64,000 nt of DNA from Mobula hypostoma (Eukaryota): the NCBI RefSeq assembly GCF_963921235.1, contig NC_086097.1:140864001-140928000 (forward strand), given 5' to 3'. The notes beneath the pieces are model-generated. The model was not told the origin of the DNA and ran no database searches. It worked only from the letters and a program-made list of their open reading frames with translations. Position numbers and translations under genes: made by a program. Below, piece after piece: positions 13,050 to 22,479 of the stretch (positions within the stretch are counted from its first letter, which is position 1; each line of letters starts with the position of its first letter).

Positions 13050-13473
13050 ATGTGGCAGGGTCCCTGGTTCGTGGTGCTGCTTTTCAGCTGTGCGTTACCA
13101 ACACCTCTTCAACGTTTATCGCTACTTCCCGCCGCGTAGATTCTTTTACCGTTTCTGCTCTTTTTGCAGGTAGAAGCGTGGCTCAGACCCTGACCCAGTC
13201 CCAGCCATCGATTACGGTATCTGTCGGGAAAGCTGTGAGCGTTCGGTGTCAAGTGAAAGATATCTCCGTCAGCAGCAGCGATCCCCTTCACTGGTACCAA
13301 CAGAAACCCGGCAAACCGCTCCAAAGGATACTCTACTATGGAGATAGCGTTACTCGCGATTCGGAATTCGGAACATCCTTCAACGCGGTAAAAACGTCAG
13401 ATACCCAATTCTTTCTCACAATCGAAGTTAACGCTGAAAGCGCTGCCACCTATTACTGCGCCTACTGGGTTTA
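13050..13473 (+). CDS. TRGV: V1: TCR gamma-type V segment, open. Leader 13050-13089 (MWQGPWFVVLLFS), intron 13090-13169, V exon 13170-13473 (C RSVAQTLTQ..RCQVKDISVSSSDPLHWYQQKPGK..ATYYCAYWV)
   Basis: Phase-1 GT/AG splice sites, Cys23, Trp41 in LHWYQQKPG, Cys104 in TYYC followed by AYW. RSS of the 23 class directly 3', and no nearby J. These fit translocon TRGV better than a clustered Ig light chain. Confidence 0.85.
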
Positions 13474-13511
13474 CACAGTATGTAATAGATAACAAGCTCA
13501 ACACAAAAACC
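13474..13511 (+). promoter_or_regulatory. Recombination signal sequence of V1 (CACAGTA-22 nt-ACAAAAACC)
   Basis: Heptamer 13474-13480, consensus nonamer 13503-13511. Confidence 0.95.
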
Positions 13512-13722
13512 TCTACAAGCAGCCAGTCAAAGGGAACCGCCGATCCGGACGCTGCAGCTTACCTATATCTGCCGGGCAGGAGTTGGGCTCTGCTCAAGAG
13601 GCAGGGAGAGAAGCTGATGCTCCTGAAGTGTCCCCAATTCCATTAGAAAGAAGGGAATTTCTCCGTTTTAGTGACGAGGTTGCAGACCATCCCTGATTCT
13701 CACATTACAAACGTGGACCAAG

Positions 13723-14305
13723 AAAAATGATATCGTATCTGTTAAATAGGGGCGTGGACAATTCTGATTTGATAGAGAATGAACGTGAAAGCACAGAGTA
13801 ACATCTGGAGAAATTTCTGAAACGCGCGTCCGCTGCTGTCGTTACTGTGCGGTCGGCAATCTTTCGGAGGGAAGTCCTCAAAATCCCCGGCCTTGCCTGC
13901 TTTTGGCGTCGGAGAAGGAGGTCGAATCGTTCGGCAGAGATGCCGCTCAGTACTCGGTGTCGGAGAGCTGATCAGAGCTCGAAGTTTTCGGATGACTCAG
14001 AGTCGCATTGTGGTCGGCTTGGCAGGGAGAGTTTTTCTTCCATCTCCCGTCTGCGTGAGATGTGGGACATTTGAGAAACTTTGAACTTTACTTGCTCAGG
14101 GACTTTCTTCATCAAGTTATGGTATTGTTACACTGTTTGTAACTATATGCATAATTATGTGGTTTTGTCAGGTTTTTCAGTATTGGTTTGCCCTATGTTT
14201 TGTGATATCACACCGGAGGAAATAATGTATCATTTCTTAATGCATGTATTACTAAATTTTAATAAAAGGGGACTACTTGTCTTCATAATCTAAAAAAAAA
14301 ATCTA
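13723..14305 (+). mobile_element. ~585-bp retroposon insertion private to unit 1 (AATAAA, then ATCTA/poly-A tail)
   Basis: Units 2 and 4 read GGACCAAG|TTGTTTGTTAG uninterrupted; AAG is duplicated at the junctions. Confidence 0.75.
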
Positions 14306-15289
14306 AAGTTGTTTTGTTAGAGTGCATTCAGCACGGAACATTGCAGGAACCTGCAGCACTGTCATGGGCATCGTACATGACGCATGGAATACGGTTTTGA
14401 GTTTCTTCACGACTGAGAGAACTGTATTCAGCAAACGCTTTGAAATAAATCAATATCCCGAATGCACTGTATCGCTGAGTGAACAAGTAAAATTGTCTAG
14501 TGATGTTCTGTACATATAAAGCCGGACAAATCCAATCTGGGTATTTACAACACAAAACAGGGACTAAAGAACTGTACTCTAGAGATGAGGTGAGAGTGAC
14601 TGCTTTTGATAACAGGACAATATTTGGTTTACTGTAGCTCACAGGAGCCTCAGAAAAACTCAAGTCAATGGGCAGTAAGTGGAGTTCACTCCAACGATAG
14701 CATAACAACGGGTGGTTTCAAGTTATTTTTTCCCAGGCCTGTGTATTTAATAAACTTTGCACCTTGTCACAAGCGTCCGGGCATTATCAATCTTCAACAA
14801 GTGTTTCCAATTAACTACCCTTGATATCCAAGACTATAAGTACAATTGGACCAGCCACCCAACACGTATATCCGCAGAAAAAGAATCTCAAGGCTGAATA
14901 TGGTCACATGTATGCAATCTGATAATAAATTCAACTTTGAACTTTGAATGTGGTTGGTTATTCCGGGGCAAGCAACACGTTTTCTGATATTTCAAAGCCT
15001 CTTCATTTTCTGTGAAACAAATTAGGGTTGTTAAGACGAACTTTTTATTGAGATGTATGGGTTTGTGCCAACGAACATTAAGGACGCTCAACGCAATCCA
15101 AAACAATGCAACCCCTTTTATTAACAGCAAACAATTGTCCTGAACATTCATTCTTGTTACCAGCTACACTGAATATTTGTAAGACATCCAGGCTACTGAA
15201 TGCAAGGGAATTTCTGATAGCGCCTCTCAAACTCACTGTCTACTGTTCCCAAATTTTCTCAAATAATATATAGATTGCCTCACCAAAGA

Positions 15290-15530
15290 CTGGGGCGGCA
15301 TGCTATCGTAGTGGTGAGCACTGGGCTAATTCTCGTCGCCGCCTGTAAGGAGTTTGTACTTTCTCCCCGTTCCTCTGGTTGTTCTGGTTCCCTCTCAAAC
15401 TTTAAGACGTACCGCTTGGTAGGCTACTTGGTCATTGTAAATTGTACCGTGATTAGCACAGGATTAAATCAGGCATTTCCCGAAGTGTCAGAAGGGCCGG
15501 TTCCGTGCTATGTCTCAAAAAATAAATTAA
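15290..15530 (+). mobile_element. Degenerate tRNA-derived V-SINE (paralogues near 20805, 34695, 48390)
   Basis: GGGGCGGCATGCTATCGTAGTGGTGAGCAC head followed by a V-domain-like core. Confidence 0.7.
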
Positions 15531-16448
15531 CAAGATAGGAAACGATTGATCTGTTGTTGGAAAATTAGGCGGAGCAAGTGACCTTTGGGAGAGGGGCACA
15601 CTGCGATCACTGACTATCAGTCTTTCAATGAATTTAGGAAAAGACAGGACTGGCCATCAAGTTAAAGTCCTAGATTGGTGAAAGGCTAATTTTGAAGGCA
15701 TTAGACGGGATTCTGCAAAAACTGATTGGGAGAAGCTGTTTGCAAGTAAGGGGAGTGGCAGGCGCCCCAAAGTGTGATAGGGAGTGTTCAGAGACGCATA
15801 AGACCATAAGACATAGGAGCAGAATTAAGGAATTTGGGCCATCGAGTCTGTCCCCCATTCCATCATCGTTGATTTTTACCCGCTCTCAATGCCATTTTCC
15901 TGATTTCTCCCCGTAACCTTTCATACCCTTAGCAATCAAGAGCCTACCTGATTTAAGTATACCCTGTTAGATTGGAGGCCAGTGATGGCGGGATTATGCA
16001 ACCCTACCTGATGAGGGGTATTGAGGGTTTCTTCAGGGAAAAGGAACATATATCACGAATTGTCAGTTGGAATCAAGTGAAGACCCTGAGCCATATATAA
16101 GATAAAGAAGTACACTTCAGAGGAAAATAAGGAGGACAACTACATCAGATCGTTTTGGCAGAAAAAGCAAAAGGGAATCCTAAGATGTTCTATAAGAATA
16201 TCAAAAGTGAAAAGGTAACCAGAACGATTGTGGAAACACAGGAGGCAGGGCGGGATCTCAAATGAATGTTTCTTATCTGCAATTTCCGTAGGAAACACCA
16301 GGAAAGCTACGAAATTCACGGTAGAGGAGATGGTGTCTTGAACTGTATCGACATTTCAAAAGGGAAGGTGCTGACAGTTTTAAAATGCATCAAGGTGGAT
16401 ACAGTCCCAGGGCCAGACCAAGTTCATTCTATGAAACCGTGGAAAGGC

Positions 16449-16712
16449 GGGGAGCGGCAGGGTAGCGTAGTAGTTAGCACAACGCTTTACAGTACAGGTA
16501 GTCCGGGTTCAATTTCCGCCACTGCCTGCAAGCGGTTTGTACGCTCTCCGGGTGCTCCGCTTTCCTCCCACATTCCAAAGATCTACTGCTCGTGGGTGAA
16601 TTGACCGATGTAAATCGCCTGTGATGAGGCTAAGAATACATCGGGGTTTGCTAAGCGACGTGGTCTGAATGGCTGGAGGGTCCTGTTCCCCGTTAGATAT
16701 CAATAAACAAAC
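16449..16712 (+). mobile_element. tRNA-derived V-SINE (HE1-type)
   Basis: A box TAGCGTAGTAG 16463, B box GGTTCAATT(T)CC 16506, V-domain core CTCCGGGTGCTCCGCTTTCCTCCCACATTCCAAAGA, AATAAAC tail. Confidence 0.85.
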
Positions 16713-18790
16713 ACATAAACAATTTTTTGGGGGACCTGGCGGAGATATTTCTATAACTGTTGGTAACAGAAGAGTATAAGGCGGTTACCGTTTGAAAAGT
16801 GGTGTAAGGACAAACTAAGGAGCTACAGGGAGGCGAGCCTAAAATCAGAGCCGGAAAATCTACAAGGAGATATGGGATAAACGAGCAATTGGGATTGAAA
16901 CGGCTCATCAAATAATCAGCATGATATTGTGCGTGGGATATCATTGCAAGAAATTAATTTGTTTTTTTGAAGAGGTGTCCAAGATCAACGAGAGCAGGGT
17001 GGTAAGAGTTTTAGCAAATTTTAACAAGGTTCCGCATGATAAACTGGTCCAAAAGATCGGAACACATGCGATTAAGAACGGACGAGCCACTTGCGTACAG
17101 ACTTAGCCTGATGTTAACAGTCCAAGTGTGGTGTGGAATCTGTGATCATTGGTGTTCCACAGGGATCATGCTGGGTCCACTATTGTTGATTACCTACAGA
17201 CGTACATTAATGACATGGATGCATATAGTCAGCATGGCTAGAAAGTTTGTGAATGAAATCAAACTCAGCCGTGTAGTGGACAATGAAGAAGGCTCCTTGA
17301 GATTAAGACAAGATCTATGTGAATCATCGGGAATAATGGGCCAGGAAATAGCAGACGCAATTTAACTCGCCAATTACAAAATTTAAAAACATTCAGTCTG
17401 TTTGCGATTGGATAGTTTAGAGAGCAATATCGGTCTTACGTAGGCAAATGGGACTGGCTCTGGGCAATATGGACGAGTTGTGCAGAAGGGCCCGTTTCGG
17501 TGCTGTGAATTCGACTAGTATATGTCTTTATACTGGGAAAATGCATTTCTACATATTGACTATGACTCCGATACTGTAAAAAAGATGAAATGGGATAGAG
17601 TTTGTCATATGTGTTCAGGAAACTGCCCTTCATCAGCACATGAATGATTGTGCGATACTAGATCTTCTTTCAGGGAACGAGACCGGATCGGTGATCGCTG
17701 TTTACGTCGGGGAACACTTTGCATCTTGTCATTATAATGCTATTAGTTTCAACGTAAATATGGAAAATGATAGGCGTGGTTCGTGGGTCGAGATTCTAAA
17801 TTGGACAAAGGCCAATATTGATGGTATCAGAAAGGATCTGGAAAGTATGGATTTCGACAGGCTGATGCTGCAAAGGTGTTCCAGGTAAGTCGGTGGCCTT
17901 CAGAACTGAATTCCAAGATTACAAAGCTCGTACAGGCCTGTCAGAATAAACGGTAAAGATAACAGATGTAGGGAAACTTGGTTTTCAAGAGATATGGAGC
18001 GCCTGGTTCAGAAAAAAAACTGTTTCATTCGCAGTTCGAGGAGATGTGGTGTGTCAGCAGAGACTCCTGCAGTACTTTTACAGATGTACCACGGAGAATA
18101 TTCAGCTTGTTTGGAGCCTGCAATACAAGAGGGTGTAGAGGGTTGTCAACTCAACCAGCTCCCTCACGGACAAAACCATCCCCGCCATCGAAGACATTTT
18201 AGGAGACTCTGCATCAACAGGGCGCAGAGCTGAACAAACAAACGTTGACATGAAGGCGGCGCCTCGAATCCAGTGCCCACAGAAAGGAGAAAGTTGAGGA
18301 GATCATTCTGAGAGGTTTCGGCAAAAGACAGGGGGGTTTTACTGACAGTCGGGATCTAGGAGGTGGAACGAGATTGGTAAAGACCAGAGGATAACGTTGG
18401 TAGATATATTTCTGAAATTTCGACCAGGAACTTTAAATCTGCATCACTCCACTAATATTGCACGGCTTGCTGAGTGTTTCCATAATTTCTTGGTCTTGTT
18501 TCGGATAAAGATCAGTTTTAATCGGAATGAATTGTGCACACAGGTCCGAGGGTTCGATTGGCATTGAGCGATATTCAAGCCAAACTCCCCAAATTATGAA
18601 AGGAAGAAATGAACTGTGGCGTGTCCCACCCCTGGCGGCCGTTCCCTAAGAAAGGCGGCGCTACTAGCTTCATGCAAAGAAGTGATTTGGACAAGGCGGG
18701 GTAGGAGCTGAGGCGGGTTCAGCCCCGAAAACAAAAGCTGATAAACTGCGCTTCCTCTCAGATTCCAAACACTGACCCGGCGCAACAAGC

Positions 18791-19216
18791 ATGTGGCAGG
18801 GTCCCTGGTTCGTGGTGCTGCTTTTCAGCTGTGCGTTACCAACACTTCTTCAACTTTTATCGCTCCTTCACGCCGCGAAGATTTTTTTTTACCGTTTTCT
18901 CCTCTTTTTGCAGGTAGAAGTGTGGCTCAGACTCTGACCCAGCTCCAAGCATCGATTACCGCACCTGTTGGGAAAGTCGTGCGAGTACGGTGTCAAGTGA
19001 CAGGAGTCTCCGTCAGCAGCAATGATCCCCTTCACTGGTACCAACAGAAACCCGGAAAGCCGCTGCAAAGGATACTCTACTATGGAGATAGCGTAACGAG
19101 GGATTCGGAATTCGGAAAATCCTTCAACGCGGTAAAAAGATCGGATATGGATTCTATCTCGCAATCGAAGTTAACGCTGAAAGCGCTGCCACCTATTACT
19201 GCGCCTACTGGGTTTA
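18791..19216 (+). pseudogene. TRGV: V2: TCR gamma-type V segment with a 1-nt deletion in FR3. Leader 18791-18830, intron 18831-18913, V exon 18914-19216
   Basis: V exon is 303 nt versus 304 nt in V1, V3 and V4. GAT ATG GA- TTC aligns with GAT ACC CAA TTC, and TYYCAYW is out of frame. Confidence 0.8.
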
Positions 19217-19254
19217 CACAGTATGTAATAGATAACAAGCTCAGCACAAAAACC
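19217..19254 (+). promoter_or_regulatory. RSS of V2 (CACAGTA-22 nt-ACAAAAACC)
   Basis: Heptamer 19217-19223, nonamer 19246-19254. Confidence 0.95.
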
Positions 19255-19739
19255 TCTACAAGCAGCCAGTCAAACAGAACCGCCGATCCGGACGCTGCAG
19301 CTTACCTATATCTGCCGGGCCGGAGTTGGGCTCTGCTCAAGAGGCAGGGAGAGAAGTTGACGCTCCTGAAGTGTCCGCAATTCCATTAGAAAGAAGGGAA
19401 TTTCTCCGTTTTATTGACGAGGTTGCAGCCCGTCCCTGATTCGCCCATTGCAGGAAACGTGGACCAAGTTGTTTGTTAGAGTGCACTGAGCACGGAACAT
19501 TGCAGGAACCTGCAGCACTGTCATGGATATCGTACAGGTCGCAGGGAATAGAGTTTTGGATTTGTTCACGACTGAGAGAATTGGATTCAGCAAACGCTTT
19601 GAGATAAGTCAATATCCCGAATTCAGTTATGGACACCTGTGGTGAAGAACCTGTTATGCCTTTAGGTGAGCTGCTTTCATTCAGTTACAGTTTCGACCCA
19701 TTAGGAGGAAAATTACGTGCCTTGAGACCGACACTGTTA

Positions 19740-20000
19740 CAACTCAGGGTGTGGGAATTTAGAATTCTGTCTGCCGCAGTCCGTAAGGAGTTTCTGTAGG
19801 CCCTCCCCTGGAATGCATGGGTTTTTCTCACGAGCTCCGGTTTCCTCTCACTGTCCAAAGACATACCGAGTAGGTTAACTGATCATCGTAAATTTTCCTG
19901 TGATTAGATTAGGGTTCATCGAGGTTGTCAGGAATCGCTGTGGCGGCGAGGCTTGAGGATCCGGAAGGGCCTAATCTGCACTGTATCGCAAAATAAACAA
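19740..20000 (+). mobile_element. V-SINE fragment (paralogues near 33630-33880 and 47340-47590; deleted in unit 1)
   Basis: V-domain core CTCCGGTTTCCTCTCACTGTCCAAAGACATA. Unit 1 joins across it at ~14462, consistent with CTGCA microhomology. Confidence 0.7.
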
Positions 20001-21430
20001 GTAAAATTACCTAGTGATGTTCTGTTCATACAAAGCCGGACAAATCCAATTTGGCTATTTACAACACAAAACAGGGACTAAAGAGCTGTACTCAAGGGAT
20101 AAGGTGAGAGTGACTGCTTTTGATAACAGGGCAATATTTGTTTTACTGTAGCTCACAGGAGCCTCAGAAAAAACTCAAGTCAATGGGCATTAAGTGGGGT
20201 TCACTCCAAGGATCGCAGAACAACGGGAGGTTTCAAGTTATTTTTTCCTTGACCTGTGCATTTAATAAGCTTTGCACCTTGTCACAAGTGTCCAGGCATT
20301 GTCAATCTTCAGCAACTGTTTCCAATTAACTACCCTTGATATTCAATGACCATAAATACGACTGGATCAGCCACCCAACATGTATACCGGCAGAAAAAGA
20401 ATCTCAAGGCTGAATATGGTGAGATGTACGTAATCTGATACCAAATTCAACTTTGAACTTTAAATGTGGTTGGTTATTTTGGGGGCAAGCAACACATTTT
20501 CGGATATTTCAAGCCTCTCCATTTTCTGTGAAACAAATTAGGGGTGTTAAGACGTACTTTCTATTTATATGTACGAGCTTGTCTCAAAGACCATTAAAGA
20601 CGCTCACGCAATCCAAAATAAAGCAACCCCTTCCATTAACAGCAACCAACTGTCCTAAAGATTCATTCTTGCTACCAGCTACACCGAATATTTGTAAGAC
20701 ATCCAGGCTACTAAATGCAATGGAATTTCTGATAACGCCTCTCAAACTCACCGTCTACAGTTCCCAAATTTTCTCAAATAATATAAATTGCCTCACCAAA
20801 GAGTGGGGCGGCACGCTATCGTAGTGGTGAGCACTGAGCTAATTCCCGCCGCCGCCTGGAAGTAGTTTGTATTTTTTCCCAGTTCCTCTGGTTGCTCCGG
20901 TTCCCTCCCACATTTAAAGTCGTACCGGTTGGTAGGTTACTTGGTCATTGTAAATTGTCCCGTGATTAGCATAGGATTAAATTGGGGATGGTTCGAAGTG
21001 CCAGAAGGGCCTGTTCCGTGCTGTATCTCAAAAAAATAAATTCAAAAGAGAGGAAACGCTTGATCTGTTGTTGCAAAATTGGGCGGAGCAAGTGACTGGC
21101 CATCAGGTTAAAGTCCTAGATTGGTATAAGGCTAATTTTGAAGGCATTAGACCGGCATTATACTGTTTGCAGTTAAGGGGAGTGGCAGGTGCCCGAAAGT
21201 GTGATAGGCAGTGTTCAGAGACAGCAAAAGACCAGAAGACATAGGAGCAAAATTAAGGGATTTGGCCCATCGAGTCTGTCGCCCATTCCATCATCGTTGA
21301 TTTTTACCCCCTCTCAATGCCATTCTCCTGATTTCTCCACGTAACCTTTCATACCCTTAGCAATCAAGAGCTTATCTGATTTATGTATAGCATATTAGAT
21401 TGAAGGCCAATGCTGGCAGGATTATGGAAC

Positions 21431-21613
21431 AACACAGATAATAGTTGCTGGTGAACACAGCAGGCCAGGCAGCAGCTCTAGGAAGAGATACAGTCGACGT
21501 TTCGGCCCGAAACGGGACTGTACCTCTTCCTGGAGATGCTGCCTAGCCTCCTGCGTTCACCAGCAACTTTTATGTGTGTTGCTTGATATTCTGCAGATTT
21601 CCTCGTGTTTGAA
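21431..21613. mobile_element. Palindromic Penelope-terminus insertion with 11-bp TSD GATTATGGAAC (orientation A)
   Basis: TSDs at 21420-21430 and 21614-21624; inverted arms around CAGTCGACGTTTCGGCCCGAAACGGGACTG; empty site at 15992-16002. Confidence 0.88.
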
Positions 21614-22074
21614 GATTATGGAACCCTAGCTGATGAGGGGCATTGAGGGTATTTTCAGGGAAAAAGAAGAATATATGTCAAGTATTGTCAGTTGGGATCA
21701 AGTGAATCCCCTGAGCCATATATAAGATATAGGTGTACACTTAAGAGGAAAATAAGGAGGACAACTACATAAGATCGTTTTGGCAGATAAGGCAAGTGGA
21801 GTCCTAAGATGTTGTATAAGAATATCAAAAGTGAAAGGGTAACCAGAACGATTGTGGAATCACATGAGGTAGAGCCGGATCATAAATGAATATTTCTTTT
21901 CTGCAATTACCGTAGGAAACACCAGGAAAGCTACGAAATTCACGGTAGAGGATATGGTGAACTTGAACTATATCGACATTACAAAAGGGAAGGTGCTGAC
22001 AGTGTTAAAATGCATCAAGGTGGATACAGTCCCTGGGCTAGACCAAGTTCATTCTATGACACCGTGGATAAGGC

Positions 22075-22265
22075 AGGGAGCGGCAGGGTAGCGTAGTAGT
22101 TAGCACAACGCTTTACAGTACGGGTGGTCCGGGTTCAATTCCCGCCACTTCCTGTAACCAGATTGTACGCTCTCCGGGTGCTACGATTTCCTCCCACATT
22201 CCAAAGATCTACTGCTGGTGGGTGAATTGGCCGATGTAAGTCGCCTCGTGATGAGGCTAAGAATA
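22075..22265 (+). mobile_element. V-SINE (HE1-type), 3'-truncated by the duplication junction
   Basis: Paralogue of 16449-16712; A and B boxes present. Confidence 0.85.
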
Positions 22266-22479
22266 GGTTGTGGACAAAGCGCCCCCAAGCGTCTCACCAA
22301 ATAGAGGAGGCCGCATCGGGGGCACTGGACACAATAGGTGACCCCAGCAGATTCGCAGGTGAATTGTTGTCTCATCTGTAAGGACCGAATCGAGGACTTT
22401 ACACAGTTCATCGAAAAGACAGGCAGGTGGATATACATAAGGTTGGGTGGTTCTTTCGTAAGACCTGAAATCCAATAAT

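Larger units (their letters stand above)
2176..17548 (+). repeat. Tandem duplication unit 1 (contains V1)
   Basis: Collinear with 22266-36178, 36179-51556, 17549-22265 and 55795-61331. Confidence 0.9.
17549..22265 (+). repeat. Tandem duplication unit 2 (short unit, contains V2)
   Basis: Starts at the equivalent of ~9927, skips the equivalent of ~10413-12357 at ~18020, and ends at the equivalent of 16638. Confidence 0.88.

Noticed and set aside
13052-13169. N-terminal ~40 aa of the ORF-track V proteins (MAGSLVRG..)
   Set aside because: Artefact of reading the V frame back through the intron and leader from a GTG. The real start is the ATG two bases upstream, followed by splicing.
13540-13600. 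DPDAAAYLY..SW just 3' of each RSS, resembling a vestigial V end
   Set aside because: No Cys, no RSS after it and no upstream V motifs; presence in all units reflects duplication only.
16449-16530. tRNA gene
   Set aside because: A and B boxes lead into a SINE body rather than a cloverleaf 3' half.
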